A stretch of 64,000 nt of DNA, from the NCBI GenBank assembly GCA_016212475.1, contig JACRGC010000016.1:9824-73823 (forward strand). The letters are read 5' to 3'. This DNA comes from Candidatus Micrarchaeota archaeon. GTDB lineage: Archaea; Micrarchaeota; Micrarchaeia; Norongarragalinales; SBBD01. Numbering within the stretch: position 1 is the stretch's first letter; each line of letters begins with the position of its first letter. Under the pieces are notes generated by a model, which searched no databases, was not told the DNA's origin, and saw only the letters and a program-made list of their open reading frames with translations. Below are positions 20,201-28,984 of this stretch, in pieces. The translations under genes were made by a program, and so were the position numbers.

Positions 20201-23200
20201 GACCAGCCAACCAACACCACATATTTTGCATCGGGCCTTTTTGAACGAACAATTGATGCGGGCTATCCAAATGCGCACTGGAAAATCAATTGGAATGCAA
20301 ACGAATTTTCAAATGCATCCCTGACTGTGCAAGCCGCTGTTTCTGGCGACAATTCGACATTCACAGCTTTTGAAAACCTGACAAACCCGCTTGGCACAAT
20401 CCTTAACCTAACTCCGGCTAGATACCTGAAATATAGGCTGGTTTTCAATTCAAACGGCTCTTCAAGCGCCTTCCTTAATGAAATCAATGCAACTGCCCTG
20501 TTTGGCATAAACGGCTCGGCTTCATTTGTTTTAACCAACCTGCAAACCGGAGCAACTGCAACCAAATCCTGCACTGCAATCAATGGCAATTGTTCCGTCC
20601 CATTCCTATTCCCTTCAGACCTCCCATCCGGCAATTACTCGGTAAATATTTCCGCTTCAAATTCAGCCGAAGGGTATGAATCCGCCTTTTTAATTTACAA
20701 TTCCACTTTTGAAGAATCCCTCTCAAATGCATCCGTATTTTCACCATCAAAAACCGTAACCAATTTCATTGCCGGATCAACATGGTATCTCCACAATGTA
20801 ACCGTTACGGCAAATTCCAACGGCTCGATTTTCAATGTTTCAATCAATTATACATCAAAGCCCGCCTCTTGGGAAATTGCAACGCTTAGCACTTCCTGTT
20901 CCGGCAAGCTTTTTCCCTCCCAAACATGCAATTCAACATTCAATGTCACGGTTGGATCCGATGCCACTCCAAATACCTATGTAATCACATGGAATGCCTC
21001 TTGGCTAACCAACAACAACACGAATTTTGGCAATTCCACTCCTTCAAATGTGGTTATCCAATCCTCCCCTGCAATTTCCGCTAACATTTCCGAAATAAAC
21101 GTTTCTTCAAACCTAAGCCAAAGCAATGTCACAATTGTGCGCATCTCAAACATTGGAAACGTCCAGCTCCAAAACGTTACCGCCTCATTCATCCCAACGA
21201 ATGCAAATTCAAGCTGGTTTTCATTCAATCCCCAAATCAGGACAACCCTTTCAGCTGGAAATAATTATGATTTAACCATAAACATTACAGTCCAATCCCC
21301 CTTCACAGCCGGAACTTACACTGGAAAAATAAACATAACCGCAGACGATGCAACAAATGGGGTAAATTCTACTTCAACATACATCAACGTGACAATTATT
21401 CTTGCTCCCCAAATTCTAGCCGCTCCCTTTGCAGTTACCGCAAACCAATCCCTTTCCTCCCCCCAAACATTCAATGCAACTATTTCAGCCCCCGGCAATT
21501 CGCCCCTGACAAATGTATCCGTTTCCATAATCAACTCAACAATTCCGCTGACCTGGATTGCCATTAATTCATCTTCAAGCAATTGGAACACCTCCACAAA
21601 TACATGGACGGTTATTTCCGAGGGCTCCGGCGCTGTTTTGCAGATAATTGTTTCCATCCTTGATTTCATTTCCGGAATCTTTTCTGCGCTGATCAAAATT
21701 ACCTCTAATGAAGGGGTCGCAACCTACGTAAATGTAACCGTAAATGTTTCTCCCTCCCTTGCTGCTCAAAATGTAATCAACCTGACTACAACCCATGGCC
21801 AAACAAACCAAACCTCCTTCCTGATCAACTCAACTGGCAATTCCAAGCTGGTAAACCTTACAATTTCCTTGATTGAAGGATCCCTACCAACCAGCTGGGT
21901 ATCATTTTCGCCCTCATTTGTTTCAAACATCACCGAAGGGCTCAACTATTCGATTTCAATGAATGTTTCAGTGCCATTTGGCCAGCCTCCTGGCAATTAC
22001 TCCGGCCAAATCAACATTTCCGGATATAATTCAAACAAAACAATTGGCATAACAATCGAAGTTCCAACCAACCGTTCCTGGTATTACCTTCCATATGGCA
22101 ACCAATTCACGCAATTTGGAATCAGTGAAGCCGGCCCCCTTGGAACCGTTACAATCAACAACACCGGAAATGTGAACCTCACATTTGATTTGGCCTATGC
22201 GGACTACGATGGCCGTGCAAGCTGCCTATCCCCCACAAATTTCTGCGGAGCTGGCATAGGTTCGCCTGCAAACCCTTCACTAATCAATGCCACCAAGAAT
22301 TCAACAACCTCGTTTACCATAAGGAAAACAATTTCCGGAAATGGGAACAATACGGATGGATACGCCCTCCAAATTACAATTGCCAACACTTCCGCTATCC
22401 CCTCAACAAATTCAACAATTTTCTTCTTCAACATAACCAATGCGTATCCCAAATTCCTCGAAAATATAATTTACCAAGGAACCATCAACACATCAATCAT
22501 TGAAATAGGCCAGCCTGCAAGATTCAATGTGATTGCAACCGATGATCAGATATTTGGATTAGATCCATCCACTGCAATTTACAACATCTCAAGGCCAAGC
22601 GGCCAAAATGAATCCTTCTTTGCTGTAAACCAAACCCTTGACAAGGATGTAGTGTGCGGCGGCAATTGCCAGGACGCCCAAAATTACACGTTGCAATACA
22701 ACGGAACCAATGTAACTGGCGTTTTCAATATTACTTTCCAAGTAAAGGATTATTTGAGCCAGCAGAACATGACCTCTTTGCAATTCCAAGTGGTTGCAAC
22801 AACCAACCTGACAATCAGCGGAAACAATTCGCAGGTTTTCAATGTTTCCAGCTCGCAAAATTCCCCCCTTCTGCTCAACGTTTCTATCAGGAACACCGGC
22901 CAAGTAAACGCCTACTCTATCAATTTCTCAGGAATGATCACAAGGCTTTCCAATTCGACAAACACGCTTGCAAATTGGAGCTTTAATCCAATTCCAGCAA
23001 TTGCCTTCCTGAATTCTTCAACCCAAAATCTAACTACTTTCAATATCTCAATTGCCCAAAAATCATACGGCACATATTATTTCACTCCCAATGCAACCTA
23101 CCGCCAGCCAAACGGGACAATTGAAGTTATTTGGGGCCCAAACCTAACAATTGAAGTTCCTGAAAACGCCAACTTTTCGCTAACCCCATCAAACCAATCG

Positions 23201-26200
23201 CTTGCAATACACCACAGCCTATTGCAATCCGAATGGTTTACCATAAACTCGAATGGCAATGCAAATCTCACAAATTACAACATCTCCTACTCCACCTTAT
23301 TTTCGAACTTCACTGTAAATTTCAGCCAAACAACAGGCTCTTTGAATGTTGGCGAATCTGCAAACATCACTTTCAACGTATCCGTTTCAACAGGGGCAGT
23401 TTCCGGCAACAGGAATTTTACCATCAATGTCACAACAAGCAGCTATTCCCGCACTTTCAACGTGAACCTAACCGTTCCCTTCAACAACACCTGGTCTATC
23501 AGCTCAAATACATTGGCAATTGAAGGAATAGCCTCAGATAACCAAGTCAATTCCCAAATCATCATCAACAATTCCGGAACCTCCGATGCCAATCTTAATT
23601 TCACTTTCAATCTGACGGGGAATATGACCCAATTCTCCAACCTTCTCAATTCATCAAATTACCTGAATTATTCCCAAGGCTTTGCAATCCCAATCAACTA
23701 TTCCGCCCCCGATGTGAACGCATATTACATAGGCGTTTTGAACATAACCGAATCAAACTCGAGCATTTCCAGATTGGTAAATATCACATTCAGGGCAGTA
23801 ACCGTCCAGCTTGTTGTCCAAAGCTTCTTTGCCCCTGCCCAAACAATTGCCGGGGATGCAATCAACACCTCCCTTCTGTTAATTTTCGGAGGGCAAAATT
23901 CAACTGTCAACTCCACTTGGAGCCTATATTTGGGAACGAATGCATGCGCATTAACCAGCAATTCAACAGTTGGAAATCTTACCTCCCTTGGATGCAATGC
24001 CCCAACAATTAGCGATGGCAGGTTTTACAATTTCACAATTTCCGTTAATTATTCAACCGGCAACACTTACCTGACAAAAAACACAACCAACAATTCGGCA
24101 ATTTTCTACCGCGATGTTTCAGCCCCAACGGTTTTGAATGAAATCACAAACGATACTTCGCAATATTCGAATATCACAATTATCCTTAACGCCTCCGACA
24201 ACGTCCAAGTGGCGAATACCACATTGCTCTTAACCTATCCCAACGGAACCTCTTCCAATTTCTCCCTTCCCTTCGATTCCACCTTGCAATATTTCAAAGC
24301 CCCCTTCAATTTCACAGGCCTTGGCCTTTACAACATCACTTTTGTTGTGAATGATACTTCGGGAAACAACAATGCATCGGTGAATGGATCGTTTGAAATT
24401 TACTCGACAAGATTTTTCAATGGGTCAATACTCAATCTGGAGGGCAATCCAATCAACACGACCTTCATAGTTGCAAATTCCACTGAAGGCAACCTTGAAG
24501 CATTCGCAACCAACGCCTCTGGCTATTACAACGTGACCCTTAGATCCAAATGGTATTTCCTATCCGCAAAGTTCCTCAATTTCAATTTCACGATTTCAAA
24601 AGTCGATTTCACAACCATCAACCAAAGCTTCATTTCAATTGACAATTTTTCCGGTTCCGACATAATTTCCCAAGTCAGCGGAGCCAAATCCGGCTTTGCC
24701 GTTATAATCGATGCGCCCAACAATGCAACAATTTCAGTTGACTATTCCTCCCTTCTTTCATCAATCACCGACGAATCCGCTCTTAGGATTTACCGATGCT
24801 CAAACTACACTTATGCGTCAAGGTCATGCGTTACTAGCTGGTCTGCGCTATCCGAATTTACAACCAATACGGTTCTGAACATAATCACTTCCAATGCAAC
24901 TTCCTTTGCAAACTCAACTAATGCGTACGCGCTTGTTCAAGTGCCAGCTTCAAGCACTCCCGCCCCAACACCAGCCCCTTCGGGCGGTGGCTCAAGCGGA
25001 GGTGGCGGAGGTGGTTTAGCTCCTGCAGCTACGCCAACCCCAACAGCCACTCCAAAAGCCGACAATGTTTCCGCGCAAATAGACGAGCTCAAAAAACTCC
25101 TTGAAAAGAACGAATCAAAACAAATCGGAGTCGAGCCCGGAGTCCAGAGCATAACAATTGAACTTTTGCCAGGAGAGGATTCGCAAACCCCCTTCCATCT
25201 GAAAAACAATTTGAATATCTCGTCAAACATTTCCATAACAATTGCCGGCACTGCAAAACAATTTGTGACTCCTAGCGTTTCTTCCATCAAATTAATTCGG
25301 CTTCATGAAACCGACATTTTGCTTTTTGCAAGCATTCCCGAAGGCACTCGCCCAAGCACCTACTATGGCGAGCTTCAACTTTCAAATGAAGTTGGGAAAG
25401 TTTCCATCCCCCTTGTTGTTCGCGTACTTGAAAAGCGGGAAAATCGGGCAATTGATCTTCGGCTCCAGCCCCTCGTTGAAAGCCTAGATCCCGGCGAAAC
25501 GCTTCGGGTCGAAGTCAATTTGTACAATTTGGCGGATCCAAAGGATTACAAGGGTGCATTCACGCTTGAACTGGTCGATCCCGTAACCGATACAATTATT
25601 GTCCAAAATCCTCCCGAAGAAATAACTTTCCAAACCACACTAAATAGCATAAAACCGCTCAAAATACCTCGTGATACCCGCACAGGCAGATTCGTAGTAC
25701 GGGGAATTTACGAGTACAATTTGGGATCTGGCAAGCGCGAAATTTCAGCTGTTGCCTACGTTCGCATCCAAACCTCCATTTGGAGCAGCAAGCTTTTTGG
25801 CACATTATCGCTTTGGCAATTATTCCCAATTCTGATAGTTCTAGCCGCCAGTGCAATCACCTACTACCGCCAATACTCCTACCAAAAGAGCAAGCGCAGG
25901 TACGTATCAAAAACCGATTTCACAAAATTGCCAGAACCCGGCTCAAGATCCGGATACCTTGGCCTAATTGCAGAAACAAAAGTGCGCGCATTCGTCCCAA
26001 TTGACAAGCTCCAAACCCACACCCTGATTGCAGGCGCAACGGGCTCTGGAAAAACCGTTGCAGCGCAGGTAATTGTTGAAGAAGCGCTCCAAAAGAACAC
26101 CTCTGTTTTGGTGTTCGACCCAACTGCCCAATGGACCGGATTTTTGCGATCTCAAAAGAATAGGGACATGCTAGCAACCTACAAGCGTTTTGGCATGAAT

Positions 26201-27064
26201 GCCGATGAAGCAAAAGCTTTCAAGGGAAATATTTTTGTTGTTCGGGATCCAAACATGCCCCTTGACATCAAAAAATACATGAAACCTGGCGAAATCACGA
26301 TTTTTGTCATGAACAAGCTTTCCCTTTCAGATCACGAAACATTCATTTCAAATACAGTAAAGCAAGTATTTGCAACCGGACTCCCAGAATCCCCCGAGCT
26401 AAAAATGCTCCTGGTTTATGATGAAGTCCACCGCCTGCTTCCAAAATTCGGTGGCAAAGGAGAAGGTTTTGTGCAAATAGAGCGGGGCGCGCGTGAATTC
26501 AGGAAATGGGGGGTTGGAATGGTCCTAATTTCGCAGGTGCTTTCGGATTTCATAGGCGAAATCAAGGCAAACATTGGAACCGAGCTCCAGCTTAGGACAA
26601 AATACGAAGGCGATTTGGAGCGCTTGAAATTGAAATACGGAGAGGATGCTGCGCGCTCAATAGTTAAGGAAAGCATCGGCTCTGGAATGGTCCAAAACTC
26701 CGAATACAACAACGGCCAGCCATACTTTGTATCCTTTAGGCCCTTGCTCCACAATGTTGTTAGGCTTTCGGATGCCGAGCTATCCTCATATGAAACCTAC
26801 AATGAAAAGCTCGAAAAGCTCGACTTTGAAATGGAGCAGCTTCGGCAATCCGGGTCCGATGTTTTGGATTTGGAGCTCGAAATCAACCTTGCCAGGGATA
26901 AGATTAAGAAGGGCTCGTTCAATATAGTTGAAATATACCTCGAATCCTTGCAAAGCAAAATAGAGGGCATGAAAAAAGCCGTCCAAAAGAAGGCAATGGA
27001 AACGGATTTGGAGGAAATTGGGATGGGCAGTGGGAAATTGAAGGATGGGAAGGAAGATAAATGA
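14276..27064 (+). CDS. Giant surface protein: signal peptide, Pro/Thr linker, parallel beta-helix domains, Ig-like repeats, single TM, cytoplasmic HerA/FtsK-like (DUF87) ATPase
   Basis: Uninterrupted ORF; very dense N-x-S/T sequons; TM at ~25810-25870; HTLIAGATGSGKT, VFDPTAQW, LLVYDEVH, REFRKWGVGMVLISQ. Confidence 0.88.
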   Translation: MRGRVLLLAPFVLAVLLLLSISSTISGDDLNQTLDSNSTNSSIGNATIVPTFSPTPSVSSTLEPTPSPSPAPIPAITPLPTPSPTIDISPSPTFSPTPTQISAPTPTIDASPSPTFSPTPIVSIIPSIAPTPAISPSPAATISPTPTKGQNNLANSEFGSGIFLPMSGDPGPSPPSPNSACDVVTADTTLIQNIAASYTCYNITGNSLTFDCAGYNITGNGSGYAFNISYKNNIVIKNCIISNFSRAISAENAINLAFINITIYNVTDYGIFVNASANTNISSVSISESRPAAIAIAGANLTGIYLLNVSNGNFSDITIQKLFAGNTSVTSQPGGSVVGISYQVSQNSNFTNIYIRNLIPGRGITTQTAAAFGHSGNATGIFGSNFNSTIFQNISIHNLLGSQGSRGRNSGTGGDGSESSNVIGFYATNGVNSTISNLTISNLSSGVGGNGGTGSSAAGGAGGNAGFVFGIYFQNSFNNSIKSTTILNLTGEFGGNAGAGATIGGNGGIGGQVFSIGIRQLSYNISINGIDIRFVQGGTGGSFGSGTPDGSGGFGGNSSFLYISNSNATTFENAYANSSIGGDMGTSAGAVLVHGGIGSGIYFHLANYTNINNASLYNISSGTTDVFGMLRTSGLFFAASSFNKITNSTIKIIDHHLDAFDPLTDYSIYSEGGSINNNLLNSSFNRSNIGFFDAAGINNLTISWFATVNVTNGSGQVGSANVRIYNQTSSAIPMLFATTDSNGHVNAEIAEMTIFGYISSASSCKAHVNNTCFTNHTISVNNSVYAFGTSIAVLNYSKTIPIFLCSSLQSSTTLQNNVSFNDVCFTLNASNIVLDCANNAIIGNRSGFSIGVYANSKSNVTIKNCYISNFSSGIMANYTSRSVFLNNTIIDTAIVKNQGATAFGIYFNNSDYNNLTSNFVTNLNATAISSLGYPNCNTSTVNSFRFENSSHNFATNINGSLSKARGYSSSEGSCALSSTGIGVHVIYSINNSISYGKFSGNNYLGAYLISTNSTIISHSEFMGNPTAGFSAEDSINTIINNGTFMNNNFVGVQLTDLANFNISILNSNFTFDKASITSPNTTLDNNLFSFGDPAIKLDSGSNGFWISRNTIQHSVITSTNFGSLYIKAGNYGHIIDNLIYNTTNTSNIEVGAVYSEGDFNNYTGNNITNSSVYGFYFRGATNNLIASGVISQTAKNDSHFPILSSNNVFLNMSFNRSKITAAGGSNLTIRWYLTLNITNSSGGPIPAASVNITNNSFGPMYAISTNADSTGYLRNQIITEYIVNGSHGYDAMCLNQNTVNCYNPHTFLIQNRSFNDNQTSFNITSSSTLQIILYPDSTFPSNITLVSPTPLNGSGQTVNWFIVNFTFNETYPQTCWVSLTNTSNHNLTMAMDGNSCYLNVTGQSDGSWNYTVFVNDSVGNTASNGTFFIAFDSNVPTNIQTVFPTLNNATYTSQNWVIVNTTFTELNPNNCILQWGNGTFQNLSMARSGNSCYLNVTGQTQGVHNYTIIVNDTAGNFAQNGTFYITIDLTAPSTIEIVSPTLSNASYTIHNWVYFNATFTETNPNNCILQYSNGSLANYSMTRSNNNCYLNLTGQPNGAHNYTIIVNDSAGNLAQNGTFFITLDSTPPSAIQTVFPTLNNATYTSQNWVFINSTFTELNPNNCILQWGNGTFQNLSMQRSANTCFLNITTQPEGIHNYTIIVNDSAGNFAQNGTFYITIDLTAPSTIETVSPTLSNSSVTIQNWVFINASFTETNPNNCILQYSNGSLANYSMARSGNNCYANLTNQPQGAHNYTIIVNDTSGNLAQNGTFFITIDQTAPSQITLVPPSPSNNSRIYNGSATINATFTEANPNNCLLQYSNGSLANYSMARSGNSCYFDLTNQPNGNWNYTIIVNDSVGNLAQNGTFFISFWINTSLNYLQSNQSYDNNGKVNITAIFSRNDRLNLTIDTTLANFILGNGTNITINANNISLNFTDQPTNTTYFASGLFERTIDAGYPNAHWKINWNANEFSNASLTVQAAVSGDNSTFTAFENLTNPLGTILNLTPARYLKYRLVFNSNGSSSAFLNEINATALFGINGSASFVLTNLQTGATATKSCTAINGNCSVPFLFPSDLPSGNYSVNISASNSAEGYESAFLIYNSTFEESLSNASVFSPSKTVTNFIAGSTWYLHNVTVTANSNGSIFNVSINYTSKPASWEIATLSTSCSGKLFPSQTCNSTFNVTVGSDATPNTYVITWNASWLTNNNTNFGNSTPSNVVIQSSPAISANISEINVSSNLSQSNVTIVRISNIGNVQLQNVTASFIPTNANSSWFSFNPQIRTTLSAGNNYDLTINITVQSPFTAGTYTGKINITADDATNGVNSTSTYINVTIILAPQILAAPFAVTANQSLSSPQTFNATISAPGNSPLTNVSVSIINSTIPLTWIAINSSSSNWNTSTNTWTVISEGSGAVLQIIVSILDFISGIFSALIKITSNEGVATYVNVTVNVSPSLAAQNVINLTTTHGQTNQTSFLINSTGNSKLVNLTISLIEGSLPTSWVSFSPSFVSNITEGLNYSISMNVSVPFGQPPGNYSGQINISGYNSNKTIGITIEVPTNRSWYYLPYGNQFTQFGISEAGPLGTVTINNTGNVNLTFDLAYADYDGRASCLSPTNFCGAGIGSPANPSLINATKNSTTSFTIRKTISGNGNNTDGYALQITIANTSAIPSTNSTIFFFNITNAYPKFLENIIYQGTINTSIIEIGQPARFNVIATDDQIFGLDPSTAIYNISRPSGQNESFFAVNQTLDKDVVCGGNCQDAQNYTLQYNGTNVTGVFNITFQVKDYLSQQNMTSLQFQVVATTNLTISGNNSQVFNVSSSQNSPLLLNVSIRNTGQVNAYSINFSGMITRLSNSTNTLANWSFNPIPAIAFLNSSTQNLTTFNISIAQKSYGTYYFTPNATYRQPNGTIEVIWGPNLTIEVPENANFSLTPSNQSLAIHHSLLQSEWFTINSNGNANLTNYNISYSTLFSNFTVNFSQTTGSLNVGESANITFNVSVSTGAVSGNRNFTINVTTSSYSRTFNVNLTVPFNNTWSISSNTLAIEGIASDNQVNSQIIINNSGTSDANLNFTFNLTGNMTQFSNLLNSSNYLNYSQGFAIPINYSAPDVNAYYIGVLNITESNSSISRLVNITFRAVTVQLVVQSFFAPAQTIAGDAINTSLLLIFGGQNSTVNSTWSLYLGTNACALTSNSTVGNLTSLGCNAPTISDGRFYNFTISVNYSTGNTYLTKNTTNNSAIFYRDVSAPTVLNEITNDTSQYSNITIILNASDNVQVANTTLLLTYPNGTSSNFSLPFDSTLQYFKAPFNFTGLGLYNITFVVNDTSGNNNASVNGSFEIYSTRFFNGSILNLEGNPINTTFIVANSTEGNLEAFATNASGYYNVTLRSKWYFLSAKFLNFNFTISKVDFTTINQSFISIDNFSGSDIISQVSGAKSGFAVIIDAPNNATISVDYSSLLSSITDESALRIYRCSNYTYASRSCVTSWSALSEFTTNTVLNIITSNATSFANSTNAYALVQVPASSTPAPTPAPSGGGSSGGGGGGLAPAATPTPTATPKADNVSAQIDELKKLLEKNESKQIGVEPGVQSITIELLPGEDSQTPFHLKNNLNISSNISITIAGTAKQFVTPSVSSIKLIRLHETDILLFASIPEGTRPSTYYGELQLSNEVGKVSIPLVVRVLEKRENRAIDLRLQPLVESLDPGETLRVEVNLYNLADPKDYKGAFTLELVDPVTDTIIVQNPPEEITFQTTLNSIKPLKIPRDTRTGRFVVRGIYEYNLGSGKREISAVAYVRIQTSIWSSKLFGTLSLWQLFPILIVLAASAITYYRQYSYQKSKRRYVSKTDFTKLPEPGSRSGYLGLIAETKVRAFVPIDKLQTHTLIAGATGSGKTVAAQVIVEEALQKNTSVLVFDPTAQWTGFLRSQKNRDMLATYKRFGMNADEAKAFKGNIFVVRDPNMPLDIKKYMKPGEITIFVMNKLSLSDHETFISNTVKQVFATGLPESPELKMLLVYDEVHRLLPKFGGKGEGFVQIERGAREFRKWGVGMVLISQVLSDFIGEIKANIGTELQLRTKYEGDLERLKLKYGEDAARSIVKESIGSGMVQNSEYNNGQPYFVSFRPLLHNVVRLSDAELSSYETYNEKLEKLDFEMEQLRQSGSDVLDLELEINLARDKIKKGSFNIVEIYLESLQSKIEGMKKAVQKKAMETDLEEIGMGSGKLKDGKEDK
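18281..20008 (+). repeat. Six tandem 288-bp (96-aa) Ig-like repeats within the giant protein
   Basis: Unit-initial Asp codons at 18281, 18569, 18857, 19145, 19433, 19721; each unit has two Cys and a NYT..VND..GN.A.NGTF consensus. Confidence 0.92.
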
Positions 27065-27084
27065 TTTTTGATTAGTGGTAATTG

Positions 27085-28833
27085 ATGAAAGTATTCGATA
27101 AGATGCTAAAAAAAGAACTAACCGAAGAAGAGCTCCAGGCAAAGGAGGATTCGATGATGAAATCCTCGGAGGAAAAATACGAGGAAGATCAGGTTCTTTC
27201 TGAAAATGCTTCCCCAAAAAAATCTTCCTCTCCAAGCACTTCCGATCGGGCGTACGTCCAGCTTGAAAAGGATGTGGAACTTTTGAAAATCCAGCTTGAG
27301 CTGATAAAGCAGCAAAAAACCGTTTCGGATGAGAAATTTTCCCATTTTTCCGAGCAGATTGGGGAAATACGCGCAACCGTATTGGATTCCGAGCGCGACG
27401 GCGCAACAATCAAGATGCAGGCTGAAAAATCAATCGAACTAATCCAGATGGTCCAGCCCGAAAAAGTGATGCAAAACATCAAAAAGCTCGAGCTGAAGGT
27501 CGAGGAGGCAAAAGCAGTCGAGGAAAAATTCTCTGCAATGCAGCAAAAACTTATCGATGAGCTAAAAGAGCTTCGGCAGCGAACCGATGCAATCCGCGGC
27601 TCTGAAACCATCCTCAAATTGAACGAGCAGGTAAAAGAGGAGCTTTCATCCGCCCTTTCCGTCCAGGCCAAAATGGAAGCAAAAGCCGACAAGGTCGAGG
27701 CAATGTTTGCGGATTTCCAGCAGCACTACTATGAATACCAAAAAGTTTTCGATCGCATGAAGGAGCTAAACCTAAGCTTCAATGACATTTCAAAGGATTT
27801 CAACGTATTCAAGGTAAAAGTTGAAAGCTCCGCTTCCAAGTCCGATTTTGTCAAGCTAAAGGAGGAAATCAAGGGCTATGGCAACGAACTTGACTTGAAA
27901 TTGGTCGAGCTAGAAAAAGCCGGCGCAAAAACCGCAATGATCCGCGATGATTTGATGAAGGACCTGAACGATGAGATGGATTCCGTGAAAAAGGAAATAC
28001 TCCAAAAAGTTTCCGATGTTTCGGATGCAAAGCAAAAAATCGATTCCATGAAATCCGACCTCCAAAAATCCCTCCAATCCGAAAATGCAATTCTTAGGAA
28101 AGATGTAGACTCCAAAATCAATTCGGTTCAAAATGATGCCAATTCCCGCCTCTTGAATCTTGAAAAAGATGTGGACGAACGGATTTCCAAAATAGAGGCC
28201 ATTTCTGAATCCTTGCCAAAGCTTTCAAAAACAGTTGCCGGCCTCGAGGAAGATTCAACCGAACTTGCCGAACTTAAGGCGTTTTTTGAAAAATCATCAA
28301 AAGATCTTTCATCCCTAAAAGAAACCGTAAGGCAAATCGAAAGCTCCCTTAGCAAATTCGAAAAAATTGCAGACCAGCTTGAAACCCTAACTTCAGAATC
28401 AAAAGATGCAAAAGGAATCCGTTTTGAATTGGAAAAACGCCTAAAATCCGTCGAGGCAAAATCCGAGGAGCTGGTAAACAAGGCAAATAGGAAACTTGAC
28501 TCGGTTGTTTCCGACACCCAAGACAATACAACCGTGCTTCGCGACCTCCTAAAGGACCTATATTCGCTCAAAACCCATTCGGCCAATTCCATAACCAAAA
28601 ATGATCTTAATGCGACCCAAAAATCCATCAATGAAAAGCTGATTGCATTTGACATGATGCTAATAAAACTAGAGCATCGGATTACGGATGCGGATTCCAC
28701 AATGCGCGCAGTCCAAAAGGAATTTTCAACGGAATTGAAGGAATACAAAAAGGAAAACGATTCCAAAATCAGGGAACTTGAAAAATCCAAAAAATTCCAA
28801 GATTCCAAAGCGGAAAGCACGGACATAAAATAG
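27085..28833 (+). CDS. Long coiled-coil protein, likely co-transcribed with the giant protein
   Basis: E/K/L/S-rich heptad pattern throughout, no TM; 20 bp after the upstream stop. Confidence 0.8.
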   Translation: MKVFDKMLKKELTEEELQAKEDSMMKSSEEKYEEDQVLSENASPKKSSSPSTSDRAYVQLEKDVELLKIQLELIKQQKTVSDEKFSHFSEQIGEIRATVLDSERDGATIKMQAEKSIELIQMVQPEKVMQNIKKLELKVEEAKAVEEKFSAMQQKLIDELKELRQRTDAIRGSETILKLNEQVKEELSSALSVQAKMEAKADKVEAMFADFQQHYYEYQKVFDRMKELNLSFNDISKDFNVFKVKVESSASKSDFVKLKEEIKGYGNELDLKLVELEKAGAKTAMIRDDLMKDLNDEMDSVKKEILQKVSDVSDAKQKIDSMKSDLQKSLQSENAILRKDVDSKINSVQNDANSRLLNLEKDVDERISKIEAISESLPKLSKTVAGLEEDSTELAELKAFFEKSSKDLSSLKETVRQIESSLSKFEKIADQLETLTSESKDAKGIRFELEKRLKSVEAKSEELVNKANRKLDSVVSDTQDNTTVLRDLLKDLYSLKTHSANSITKNDLNATQKSINEKLIAFDMMLIKLEHRITDADSTMRAVQKEFSTELKEYKKENDSKIRELEKSKKFQDSKAESTDIK

Positions 28834-28984
28834 CACCCAATCCCAAGCATTCCAATACTATGCGATCCAAGATTCAAACCCCCCCAAAAAGCCCATTCCC
28901 TAATCAAATCCTTAAATTCAACTTTCCCAAAGCATCCCAAGCAATTTTTAACCAATTCTTCCATATAGTTTGCGTGGGTTTTAG

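Noticed and set aside
28834..28960. CCCAA/TCCAA-rich intergenic tract (similar tract at ~33720-33812)
   Set aside because: Degenerate low-complexity sequence with no fixed period or structure that I could support.
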